A stretch of DNA of 64,000 bases from Yuukianura sp. NJ FZ-2021 (Eukaryota): positions 8,494,001-8,558,000 of the forward strand of contig CM102290.1 of assembly GCA_046563655.1 (NCBI GenBank), given 5' to 3'. Below are positions 27,377 through 39,718 of the stretch, in pieces (the first letter of the stretch is position 1; the number at the start of each line of letters is the position of its first letter). The position numbers and the translations under genes are program-made. Below the pieces are notes generated by a model. That model was given only the letters and a program-made list of their open reading frames with translations. It did no database searches and was not told the origin of the DNA.

Positions 27377-28920
27377 ATGTCGGCATTTTCCTACCGGGTT
27401 ATTCGCTTCACTGGAGAACGAGTTTTGAGATTCGCACCGCTACTAACCAGCTGCAGTCCTCCTTTAACTTTACGTGTCACAGCTTACAGACCGATTTCGG
27501 ACAGCTCCAGACATACCAATGCGAACGCTGATTTTGACGAAGAAGCCAATGCTGAATTCGAGAAGGAAAGCAAAGCTCGGGAAAACCGCATAAGGTTTTT
27601 GAAAAAGGCATTCTCTACAGCTCTCTTTGGAACTACATTTGGTCTGATTTACTTGGCTCGACGAAGAAGACGAGCTGAAATGTCACAGAATTTGGAAGGT
27701 TGTGTTCGTTTTGTAGATGAAGACTATGAACCCGGTCATTCCGAGTTCTACCGAGTACCATCTCCAAAGACTGGCAAACCAACGTATGTCTTCCCTTCTG
27801 GAATGGTCAAGTCAGGCACACTTCGTCAACTCAAGCAATTCAAAGTTCGGCCCACCGACGTCGTCGTAGCTAGTTTCCCGAAGGCTGGTGAGGAATCTCA
27901 TTCCTGTCAGTTTATTTTGATAAACTAAAACTAACTTGTTTGTTTTAGGAACTACTTGGGTCCAGGAAATTGCTTGGTTGATCATGCACAATCTGGACTT
28001 CCAGAAAGCTTCTGAAAGAGTACTTGAGAGTCGGAGTCCTTACTTGGAGTACCTGTATCCTGGCATTCACTCTGTTACCCACATGGAGTCTCCGCGACTA
28101 ATGAAAACGCATGTGCCGTTTGACCTCCTTCCGTCCGATTTCATCAACAAGGCCAAAGTGATTTACGTTAGACGTAATCCCAAGGATACTGTTGTGTCCT
28201 ACTACCACTTTGCTAAAATGCTCGCCATGTCCAACTACAAAGGAAATTTCGAAGACTTTCTTTCTACGTTCATCAAAGACAAAGGTATATTCCAAAATTT
28301 TTGTATGCCTCAACCATTTCGAATAACATAGCCTACTAATCAATTGCATCTTCAACTTTGACATTTCTTTGGCATTCCAGTTCCTTACGGTCCGTACTTT
28401 GATCACATCGAAAGTTATGCTGAGCAGCAGGATCATCCCAATTTACTCATGCTCTCATACGAAGAACTCAAGCGTGATCCCGCCGAAGCTATTCGGGTAA
28501 CAAACTTGAACAAAACTTAAAAAACTTTTAAAACAAAAACCATGTTACAACCATAAACTCAGACTTTTGAAGAATCCTAACTTCATCTAGCCTATTGCTT
28601 TGCTTCTATTTCAGAAAATCGGAGTCTTCCTGGAAAGACCACTGACTGAAGAAGACGTAGAAGCGTTAGTGAAACACACAAGTTTTCAGGCCATGTCTGA
28701 GAACACATCCGTCAATTACTCCCACTGGGATGCCATTGGGATCCGGAAGAAAGACGGAACGCAGTTCTTTCGTAAAGGTCAAGTTGGTGACTGGCGAAAT
28801 TACTTTACGGAGAAGACAAACAGCGAATTTGACTCTTGGGTTCAATCCAAAAACAAAGGAAATGTTCCCTTTGAGTATGATTTGCTCCAACCACAAGAGG
28901 ATCATGGTCTGATGAACTAA
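27377..28920 (+). CDS. Cytosolic-family (SULT) sulfotransferase with ~110-aa N-terminal extension; exons ~27377-27887, 27949-28284, 28381-28496, 28615-28920
   Basis: 5'-PSB motif SFPKAGTTW across intron 1, RLMKTH, 3'-PB motif RNPKDTVVSYYHF, C-terminal FRKGQVGDWRNYFT; intron phases are consistent. Confidence 0.93.
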
Positions 28921-31060
28921 AAAGAAAAACATACTAAATTCAAATTACTAATTAGTTTAACTCAAAGTCAATCTTAATTAATTGAACAATCCTGTCATAC
29001 ACCTTTCTGGTCCATTACTTTATAAACTATTAAATTAGTTTTTATTTAGCAACGATTTTCTAAACAAAGCCAGCGTTCTCTCAGGTTTTACATAACCTCG
29101 GTATGTCTCTTTTTAAAACACATTTTCCTTTTTCGAAAAATACGTTTCCTGCTTAACATGTTTTCTAAATATTGACAATTTCAGAGTAACTATAATGTAG
29201 CTTCTCTACAAAATGAAAAATATGTGATCGTTCCACTAGTACAATTTAGTGCTTAAGAGTTATTATGATCTCGAGCATTTTTATTATAATCAAATTGCTC
29301 AAAGAAACAAAGAATTTTCATTGTTGGCCGATCATGCATAGGCAGTCGTTCAAAATTTCTAAATTAAAAAAAAAGAGGTTTTTATAACTTTTTCAGTTTG
29401 ACTAATTTTATAGCTTTAAAGGGGTGGGGAGTTTAAATTTCTTTTGATATTTTATGGGGCGGTGGGAGATCCTTGACGGTAGCAAAAACAATGAACTGTA
29501 AATTCGCTTTCACCTTTCGATTTTTTCTTCTGATTGCCTAGTATGTTATTTTGTTCAACAGTTTTTTGCTCAACATATTTTAGGTTAGGCTAGTGCTGAT
29601 GCTGCTTACGAATTAACATGATGAACATTGTATTTTTAATGAATTTAACTCATTAAAGACAAAGAGCGAAGCCGTCATACTAGTAGTCAATGCTAGCTAA
29701 TTTGTGATTTGCTTGTTAATGTGCGCTGAAGAAAATTATTGTCCAGCATTTCGTAAGTTATGTTTACATTTGTTTGTTTTTTCTAAAAACTTTTCTAAAC
29801 TTGTAAAAAGAATTTATAACCTTGGGTTTTGTTGTTTTGGCAGAAGCAGAGTTAATTAAAAGTTAAGCAACAAAATTTAGTTTTTCAGTCTCGGTTGCTT
29901 CACCTTTTTGCTTTCTAACACATTTGTTTAAAAACGTTTTGTGTTTTCCTTTTCTAAATGCTATTAAATAGGCTATCAAAAAAGTTCTGAAATAATATAA
30001 CAATTATTCTCACTTTCCGTTTTCTAGGATTTGAGCTGCAATGAAGACAAGACATGATAAAATTTCCTTTGTTGGAACTTCTCCAAAAAAAAATCAACTT
30101 TTTACATTACAAGTAGAACCGAAATGTCAATTTTTGTCAAATTAATTAAAAAAAAAACACGGGTATTGATTCCATTCTAATTTGTAAACCGGTTTCAAAC
30201 TAAACATGAATTAAGCAGTTTAAAAATTGAATTAAATTAAGGTAAAACAGTTACATAGAAATTCATATAAAAAGGGAGGGAGTTGGCTCGAATGTACTTT
30301 TTTTAAAATGAGTTTCTGTAATACTGGCGCAAAACTTTGGATTTTTGTGTAAAAAGCCGAAATTAAAATAATTAAACTAATTTCTAACCCTGTTAAACGG
30401 CTAAGCACTTACGTATAACTATTCAACAGCATTTGATAGTAGAGCGTCATGTTTCAAATGGCCAATTTGAAAATTTTGTACACACAAGACAGATGTGTTT
30501 TGCAAGGTGTAGTTTCAAAGGTTCAAAAAACAGATAATTTTCATTTTCAAATTCGCCATATAAATTTCATTTTTTTTTTGTTTTTCAAAAAATAAACGGT
30601 ATCACTTCCAACAGCAGCCACACAGTATAAAGCAGGCCATAATTCTCTAATAAGCTCCTACTTTTCAACAAAATGTTAACAGTTCGTTCTAAACTTATTT
30701 TAAAATTATTTTTTTTTAAAGAGTTTGAATTTTCAAACCTTTTAAGTTATTAGATGCACTGAGCCTTGACCTTTGTCCTTAAATCCTACCAAATACTCTT
30801 GTCTTCCGTCGAACAATCGTTATTTTAAACGTCTCAATGTTCAGTATGCAAATAGCCTGCGTTGAGAGCGGACAGCGTGTTCCTAAAATTCAACAAATTG
30901 TTCACTTTTATGTTTACTTAATTTTTACTTAGGTTGATAAAAATGTTACTCAAGTTACCTTAATTTTGAGCTGTGTTCATAGATTGAGATATTTTGGCCA
31001 TTTGGATTTGGATGAAAATGATCTTTTTAAAAGTTGGAGGTGGCGTTTGAAGAAAAAAGT

Positions 31061-32262
31061 TTATAGAACGGTAGAGTTATGTCGTGTTTTCCGAATGACG
31101 GTTGTAGCAACTTCTTCGGACTCTTCTTCTCGTTCCATTGATGACGAACCACCAAAACCTAGTTTAATCTTGGATCGAGTGACGACACTTAGGGCAGCAG
31201 TTCTATCAAAGTCAATTGTGGCGTAACCTAGTTCACCGGTTGTCGAAGTTACAGTTCGGGAAGTTACACTAGTTGTTCTACTAACGACTCTGGACGTAGG
31301 AACGGGAGAGTCTGTGGGTGTGAATATCGTAGGTGGAGCTACTGCTGATTCAAAGGACTGAGAAGGCCCTTGTTGCTCCAGATCCAGTTCGACGTAGTTG
31401 ACTTCAGGGTTTTTGGCTTCTTGGGAAGCGGTAGGAGCAAGGTTTGTGTAGAGGGCAGCATTAGGAGATTCACGGAAATGAGGTGGTGGTAGGCCGTTGC
31501 GTAGTTTGCCAAGGCGACCGTTGGAGGTCGACGGTTTGGGATTAGTAGCACTAGAGTCAAGGTTGGCGTAAGACGAAGACTCTGTTCCCTCCACGTTGAC
31601 GTAAAGTGGATGTTCCTCTCCGCCATCTCGAACAATGTCTACGGCCGAACTCGTTCGTCGTCTTTGTTGCATGTCGTCATGAGAGTCCATGATATTGACA
31701 TAGTCAAAGGTAGGACTGAGTGACAAGGGACTAAGATTGGCTTGAGCAGAAGCAGAGCTCGTCGTAGGAAGGCGTGTATTGAGTGGAATGACTGGAAGGG
31801 CACCAGGATTACCCTGAATCTTAGCCTGTAGAAGCTCAAACAGTGTTTGAGCTGCCGAGCACTTGAAGGCATATATTCCATGCCCTGTTGGACATCTAAA
31901 AGACATAAAAATCAGGATAAGGAATCGCCAGCTCAATTAACTACAAATTGATTTGATATTAAGTACAAAGCAAAGCAGAAATTGACGTAGACTTACCGCC
32001 TTCCCGCTTCAAATGAAAAGAGATCGTTTTCGTAACCATAACGACGGAGTGCGCGAAGAGGCCAGACCAGTGAAGGGCGCCCGTTGATATGGAGTATGAG
32101 GTCACCTTCGGTCACTTCTAACTTTCCAGGTGAAATGTGACGACCCAATTCATCTACATTGAGTACAGGGAAGACAGTTTTTCGTCTGGCAGAAACGTGA
32201 CCATCCCGTCCGAATCCGTCGGATGTAATCAGTTGGGACAAGTGACTTCCAATGCACCCCAT
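31061..32262 (-). CDS. FRS2: Fibroblast growth factor receptor substrate 2/3-like adaptor (IRS-type PTB domain)
   Basis: N-terminal MGCIGS myristoylation motif; PTB peptide WPLRALRRYGYENDLFSFEAGRR|CPTGHGIYAFKC; Grb2-type YVN/YAN/YTN sites; SHP2-type NYVELDL and YATIDF; C-terminal RKTRHNST typical of FRS2. One intron ~31896-31996. Confidence 0.9.
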
Positions 32263-33202
32263 TTCACCAACATCTCCTGCTTCCGCCGTCTCGAACCAAA
32301 GTACGGATCTGTTAAAAGTTAAAGTCAAAACGTTCAGACACTTTTAAAATTTAAATATCCTATTATCATCATCACTTCACAATATAATTACTCACTGGCC
32401 AACTTAATCATAAGACTTTTCACAACTCAACACAGACGGAATTCCCAACAACTTTGTTTACGTTACTTACGTATAGAACCGATATGACTGAACTTGAACA
32501 TTGGTCCACGGCTTCTGGTCTTTGATTATCTGAAGGTGGTGGTTGTAAACCACTATGCTGCGTCATTATTTGCAAGAATCCGGATATGACTTGGAATCTG
32601 CATCAACCGAGACCAAAAGATGAGGATTCGTATAGACCTTAGTATTAGCGACTCGTCATTCATTCGTTGCATTTGTTTATGTTTACATGAATGTTGGGAT
32701 AAGTGCAACTTACAGATTGATGGAATTTGTTGCTTGTGCGTGAATACCTCCTTGTCCTTGTGATGTTGATAGTTTGAGATTGAGATTGACTTGAATTGAC
32801 TGAATCTCCTTCGCATCCTCCGTCCGCAAGATTACTTTCTGAAATGACTTTGAGTCACACAGTAAAAGAGCGTAGATCACGGACATGAACTTCCGTTGTA
32901 TTTCTGTCGTGTTTTTGGCATTTGCTTTTCCTCTTCCAACGTCCTGGCGCCTCCACTCATCCGGTGTAGCCCCAATCACACTTTAACAGTTCACCCAGGG
33001 TGGGCGTTTTAGAATTTAAGCGTATACTATTAGCCTAATAACGTTTTAATTTTTTTAATACCATAATTCCGTTCATACATTAACTAAACTAATAAGTAAC
33101 GCAATTCACAGATTCTAATCGACAGTCACTTGTGGACCAATATCGTAATGGACAGTCACCAATGGACGCTCAGCAATGGACACGACACGTACACGGAATC
33201 TT

Positions 33203-33534
33203 ACTCTAATGGACGGTTACTTAAGGATAGTCATACTACCTCGACATCAAAACTTTAGGTTCAAGCAGCAATAAAAACAAAAAATTTAACCTGCGGTACC
33301 ATTGTATAATCGTACCCAATAACTTTAGAACGGAACGTTAAGAGATTTGAAACAAGCTGAACCTTACATAAACCAAAAACCCAGGTTTGTTAGGCGAATT
33401 CTTTTAAATTCACACGCTAAAATTCTTTCAATTAAAAAAATTGAATTGTTTATTTTATTTTTTGTCTGCAATGCTTGAACATACTGTCGCGATGTCGATT
33501 AGTAACTATCCTTAAGTGACCGTGCATTAGAGCA
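33203..33534. repeat. Degenerate inverted-repeat element (MITE-like relic)
   Basis: ctctaatggacggttacttaaggatagt...tcgacatc (~33204-33248) is the imperfect reverse complement of gatgtcga..actatccttaagtgaccgtgcattagag (~33491-33532); related gacggtcactt/agtgaccgt words occur at 7520-7630. No TSD identified. Confidence 0.5.
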
Positions 33535-34618
33535 GGTGCCTATTTGTTCATTAGCAATTTGTTATGAGTAATAACCAGCTAATTATTTATATTTTCATAT
33601 GCTAGGTAGGAATGTGTAGCAGGTTTTGAATATCTCTCAAAATATGATTCCAAAGTCCCAAATTTTTACAATTTAATTTCGTTTAGCACCATAGTTTTTG
33701 AATTTAATTTTGAGAGGAGTTGAATTGGGTTTTCAGGTTTGTTGGGGCGACAAAACTCTAGAGACGCGGCTTGTTCTAGCGGTGTTTCCTTACCTTATCG
33801 TCTTCTAGAGGCGCTTTCTTTGATGTCTAGAATCTTTGACTTGTGTTGAATTCGTCAGTCAGTGGATGGAGTAACGATAATGTTTCGACATTGTACACAG
33901 ACAGAGACATGATGCAATTTGGGATTTGGAACCAACACGGATCCAGTCATAAATTCTCTGGGGAAAACAAGAAGATGCGGACTTGTCCAGCTCCAACCGA
34001 TCCAATTTTTCATTTGTCAAGGGTCAAGTTACAACAGTTTAAGTAAATTAGCTTACCTAGTAACACACCACTTGACATCCTATGCATCAATCCAATTTTT
34101 AGGAATCCAATTTTGAAAAAGTTTTTTTTTAAGTTCATACTGTTCGACAAAGTTCAAAGCTCTTACTAAACTTTGATTAAATCGTCTTTCCTCTTTTCCT
34201 TTTGAATTTATCTTCAACCGCTTAGAGTTGGACGCATGCATTAGTGATATCGCCATTGTTTTTAGAATTTCTTTTGATTCAGTTTCAGGTCAAAGGTCAA
34301 GCTCAAGGTCAATGACACCTCAGTATGTTAAAAGGAGGGCGGGGTAATGGTTTCTGCTAATGTCAAAATCCCAAATTCATTTCTATAAGAGTGTCTTTGG
34401 CAATATCGCGTTTTCGATAGGCGCGAAAACTTTGAACTCTTTTGGATCAAAAACAGAAAGAAAACCGCAATTGATTTCGACTTTTCACAAGTTTGTTCGC
34501 CTCGGTAATCAGCGTGCAGCTAAATAAAAAAGAAATTAACTTCCGATTATCGATTAAATTAATGCGAAATACACTTGAAAGACCAGCCTAGTAACTCTAC
34601 CAGTCATTAGCGGTAACA

Positions 34619-35388
34619 ATGGTAAGTTTCGCATTCTCATCTTACCGTTGTAATTTCAATATTTCATGAATTCTTAGAACTTAGAACCTTGATGAAAATT
34701 GCTAATTGGTTTGGTTGTGGCATAATGGAATACCTTTTTCTGATTCCTGTAGTTGCCACTGTCAGTAGTCCGTTCGGCACATAATCTTCCGGTGGTATGT
34801 AATAGACACCTTCAAATTTTCATTATTTGAATATACATTCTTTTTCAATTCTGTAGGTCGAATTTGGACCAGGAAAGAGGAAACAATACCTAAGCTGTTT
34901 AATTTTGTTTGTAGTTGGTTGAACTCAAGAGTGGAGAGACCTACAACGGTCATTTGAAAGCCTGTGATGGATGGATGAACGTTTGTCTCGTAGATGTCAT
35001 TTGCACTGCACGAGACGGAGATCGATTTTGGCGAATGCAAGAGTGTTACATTCGTGGAACAAATATCAAGTACCTCCGTATCCCTGACGAAGTCCTGCAG
35101 TTGGTCAAGGATGAACAGGGTTCGGGACGCGGTCGTGGCGGTTTTCGTGGACGTGGAGGCGGAGGACGCGGTGGACCTCCAAGAGGTAAATCAATTAATG
35201 AAATAACCTTAACAGTGACTGTTGGAATTTCTAATTAATCAATTACTTTACATCAAGGTGGAGGACAAGGTGGACGTGGAGGTGGAGGCGGAGGCAGTGG
35301 AGGGTTCAATCCGCGCGGAGGACGTGGTGGTTCGTTTGGTGGTCGTGGAGGAAGGGGAGGACGTCGCGGCGGGAACCAGCAGCAGTAG
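34619..35388 (+). CDS. LSM4: U6 snRNA-associated Sm-like protein LSm4; exons: ATG only (34619-34621), ~34753-34794, 34915-35185, ~35258-35388
   Basis: [37 protein letters not shown]...[22 protein letters not shown] followed by an RGG-rich tail ending NQQQ*. Confidence 0.95.
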
Positions 35389-35983
35389 CTCACTGTTTAG
35401 AAAAATACTAAGTTAAGTTAATTAATATTTATGTTCATTTTGTATTAATTAACCGCTAAGCTCCAGTGTACAATAAAACAAAAGACTAATACCAATACAA
35501 GAGTTCACTTACTCACTGATCAATTACCACTGATCACCACAACCGTCTTTAGAACAAAAGTACACCAAATTAGACTGACCAGATAGAGATATACTAACAT
35601 ATATAAGCGATTTTTGTCTAATGATCTTACCAAGTTCAATTTTTTTACACAAATCGTTCCTCCCACAAATTATCCAATTTAGTACACCGGGTGTACTATT
35701 AGGGAAAATACGGTATCTAAACTGTTTGATTTGTTAAATTGGCGAGTGGAGGGAAAATACGTGACAAAATTTTTTGAAAGAAAAGCGCGAAAGTTTCCTT
35801 GGCATACCGGTACTAGTGGCTTTGACTTTTTATCATTCAAAATCTTTGGCAAAGTCGTGTGTCAGCTGATCTCGTCCTTCTCTCATCTTCTATCTACCAC
35901 CCGCGAGTACAAGACCGGTTGTCGATTAAATTGATTGTACACCGATTAGTCTAAGCCTCATTTAATTTCACTTCCTCTGCAAC

Positions 35984-36657
35984 ATGTCGTTCGGTGACGT
36001 CTCAACAGCTGCTGGATTGGCTAAACTCAATGAACATCTCAAGTCCCACTCCTACATCGAAGGGTAATTTAGATTAAGAATTTGCTAATTTTTGCACATG
36101 AATTCCAACAGATTAACAATTGGCTGATTCTGAACAGGTATTCTCCGAGCACTGCTGATACCAAAACGTTTGATGTCATCAAATCCACTCCGGATTCTTC
36201 ACATCCTCTTGTCCTCCGATGGTACAATCAAATCAAGAGCTTCTTCGGAGCATTGAAAGCCAGTTTCGGGGCATCCGGAGCATGTGCTGCTCCTGTCAAT
36301 AACGGTGCTGCTGATGAGGATGAAGATGTTGATCTTTTTGCATCTACTGAAGAAGAGGTAATACTTTTTATAAAAGGATTGACTGGGCAATTGAGAATGT
36401 AATAATGTGTTATGGTTCGCAGGATGCCGTGGCAGCCAAGATTCGAGAAGATCGTGTCAAAGCCTGCGCAGAGAACAAGAGCAAAGAGCCTGAGTCCATT
36501 GCCAATTCAAACGTCATCCTAGATGTCGTCAAACCGTGGAATGACGAAACAGATATGAAGAGTGAGCATCAAAACCAGATTTTCCGTATGATTTTTTTGT
36601 GGACTGAATTGATTTTTTTCATTAGACCTGGAAGACGCTGTGCGCTCTGTGGAGATC
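35984..36657 (+). CDS. EEF1B: Truncated, diverged elongation factor 1-beta copy (5' part of a putative chimeric gene, or a partial pseudogene)
   Basis: MSFGDVSTAAGLAKLNEHLKSHSYIEG|YSPSTAD...LRWYNQIKS...DEDEDVDLFAS..EEE|...KIREDR...SNVILDVVKPWNDETDM.|LEDAVRSVEI; similarity stops before the canonical DGLVWG...DIAAFNKI C-terminus; three intact GT-AG introns. Confidence 0.88.
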
Positions 36658-36801
36658 AGTTTTTCTGCTTTAAGTGGGGTTCGTTTTCCATCTACTCCAG
36701 GAACGTTAAGTAATCACAATGAAGTGCAGAATCAGTCTGCTACATCGAGTTCATTCGTTGAACCACTTCATGATGCCGGTCGTTTCTCTTGCACTGCCAC
36801 G

Positions 36802-38921
36802 ATGGATTCCATTCCAAATGAAGTAAGGTCAACTTGATTTCTAATTTGTTAAGTTCAAAACTAAACCCTCGAGATTGAAGCCAATCAATAGTTAAACGTT
36901 TGTTTCAATCCACTGTTTGTTGGATCTACATTCCGTTGAATAACGTATTTTAAAATATTTTTAACGTATTATAAAATATTTTAAGATTCATCATATCGAA
37001 ACAAGAATTTTGACAAGCTTAAGCATGTCAAAATAAGTTTTAGAAATGTTCTTGTTGACGTCTTAGTGTAAAATTGAATGTTAAACTCCGATTTGACATA
37101 AATAATCTATGTGATTATTAACAACAATCTTGTCTTTCAGATTCTGCTTCAAATAATCGGTTGTTTGAGAAAACAAGAAATAGCAAAGTTACGCCTGGTG
37201 AACCACCGATTCAATCAACTTTCAACGACATGCTTGCCAAAGTTGTTTCGGGTGGACTTTCTGGAAGACTCGGACATTGTGAAGTTTATTTCTGTGTTTG
37301 AACGAAACAAAACTTTCGTTCCGTTCCAAAAGTTTGGATTTGGTAAAAATCTCTTGACGTACGGACAGCCGTTGGATGAGTTTTGTGTCAAATTTGGAAG
37401 TATTGTGAAATCCTGGCGATTTTGGATGTGCGTCGCTCCTCAACCGGAACACGAGAATTCACTTTTAAACAACATCCAAATCCTGTTTGACAAATTCGAA
37501 AATGTAGAAGAAATCGAGTACCCAATTGTGAAAGAAGAAATGTCCAAAGCTGTGGAAATTCCTGTACTAAAAAATTTGGAAACAATCAACATCGACTTCT
37601 ACGATTCTGAGGACCAATACGACGATTCCCCTCTCCTGGATCTTTTGCAAAAAGCTCCAAATCTTAGGAACGTTTCAATTCAAAACTTTGATGATATACA
37701 CAATTACGACTCATTATACCCTGCTTTGGTTCCAAACCTCCTAGACAAGATCTACAGAATCAACGGACGCGTCCTCATTCAAAAGTTGGTTGTACTTGTA
37801 CAGTTTCCGGCTTTGAATATGGATGAACTCGAAAACTTGGTTGCAATTTCAACAAAATGCAAAATCCTGGATTTGGAATTATTCCTAATGCCCCGGGATC
37901 CCAGTTCTGGAAGTGCATCACAAACACTCGAAATTATCTCAAATTGGATTCATAATCTGACATCGTTGCGCAGACTTTTTCTGGAATGTCAGGACACCGA
38001 TGATTCTAGTCCAATTACACTTCCTCTCCGTTCTCTCGCAAACATTGCATGTTTGGAGTTCTATTTTCTATGCGAATCTATCGCCTTGCGCCAACCCGTG
38101 GAATTTCCAGCTCTCACAACGCTCGATTGCATTTATCGTGGAACAACCGATAAATTCATCTTCGCTGGATGCATTTTTCCAAATGTGAAATTCGCACAAA
38201 TCTATTTGAAAACGGAGCAGGAACGTCAACAGTGGCCGCTAGTACTCCCCAACGTTACTGACTTGTGCGTTGTGTCTGAAACATTAGAAGGCATTTTCCG
38301 GTTTCCGAAAGTCCAGAAACTGCACATTTATACCGAGTCCGAGACTCCTGGACCTGATTGGGACCGTGACCTTCAACTTAAACACTGGAACCACCTAACT
38401 AATGGAGCTCAATACATCTCACACAGCATGATTACCAATTCTCTCCTAGAAACTGGCAAAACTTCGGAATCAGTTGACTCCTTTCGCAATTTTCCGGGTA
38501 AGCATAATATTTTAAAACACAATTTTAATTTTTGATGGATAAATTAATAATTTTAAAGTCGCAGTGCTTGTATTAACAAATGTTTCTGTTTTTAACTAGT
38601 GCTGACACATTTAAAGTTCCTCCACTGCAGCATTGAGTGCTGGAAGGGCGTTATTTATGCCAGCCAAACTGGGCAACTCCGACGCCTTCAAAAACTCGTT
38701 TTCGATCCTAGGGTTTTGAATGAGGTAAGTGTTGAATCACTTTCAAAAGTTAGTACTAATATTTCAAAATTTGAAAAAGAAGAACATTTAAATAAAAATA
38801 TAATTTGTAGTTTGAGAAGGAGCAGTATCTGGAAGTATTGATGAAGTACCACGATTCAGCCATTACTACTGCAGAACATTGCATACCACCGTTCCTCTGG
38901 AATGAATTATTTCTGGATTAA
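36802..38921 (+). CDS. F-box protein with LRR-like C-terminal region; exons ..36822, 37141-38497, 38600-38724, 38811-38921
   Basis: F-box consensus assembled across a phase-0 intron: MDSIPNE|ILLQIIGCLRKQEIAKLRLVNHRFNQL; LxxLxL-type segments (LKNLETINI, APNLRNVSI, LTSLRRLFL, FPALTTLDC, FPKVQKLHI); exon phases are consistent to TAA at 38919-38921. Confidence 0.82.
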
Positions 38922-39663
38922 ACAACCGCATCTGTCCAACCTTTTTTCATCGATACAATCTTCCTAAGTTTCTACAAGTAAACACTAATTCTAATACAGA
39001 AAAAGCTAGTTTAGTAGAAATGAATTCAGTCAATCAATCAATTCAACCCATAAGTGCAATTGCTACTATTTTTTTAGATTTAAGCTTTAGTTTAAGAATA
39101 CTCCGTCCGTCTCAAGCGCCAAAATACTGTATAAGACCACTCAAAGCTAAATGAGCTCATGCTAATCCTCTCGTAACGTATAGTCATTAAAACATAAGCT
39201 TAAACGTAATACACTTTGGTACACAAAATAAAAACAGCATTTGAGAAAATAATTAAGACATTTTTGGATTTAGAAATTTTTAGTACGGCATTTTTTATGT
39301 CAAACATTCAATTTGTTCCAAATAAAGCAAAGTACAGCTCAGAATTTTTTTTAAAGTTTTTTAACTTTCAGTTTTTTCCAGCCCAAAGTTTACTCAATCA
39401 GTTGAAGTTTTCTTGAATGGTTTCTCCCATCCCTCAGCACTACAAAGAAAAATCCAGTGGAGAAAATTTTTATGCAAAGACTTTTTTCCTCAGATCTTGC
39501 AATCACACTTAATTAAAATTAATTTTAAATCAACTTCCCGCCTTTTGTTGGTATTCGAGTCATTGATTCCTTTTTCAAATTACTCTCACCTAAAAAAGAA
39601 ACAATTTTTTACTGTTGACGCACTTCATGTTTCGAAATTTTGAAAAACAAATTGTGTAAAGCT

Positions 39664-39718
39664 CATTGAAGAAAGCATCGGCCTGCCACGGCCTGCCACG
39701 AGGATGCTTTCTTCAATG
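39664..39718. mobile_element. 55-bp miniature inverted-repeat insertion
   Basis: Perfect 16-bp TIR CATTGAAGAAAGCATC/GATGCTTTCTTCAATG; flanking direct repeat TGTAAAGCT (39655-39663, 39719-39727); internal tandem GGCCTGCCAC x2. Confidence 0.75.
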
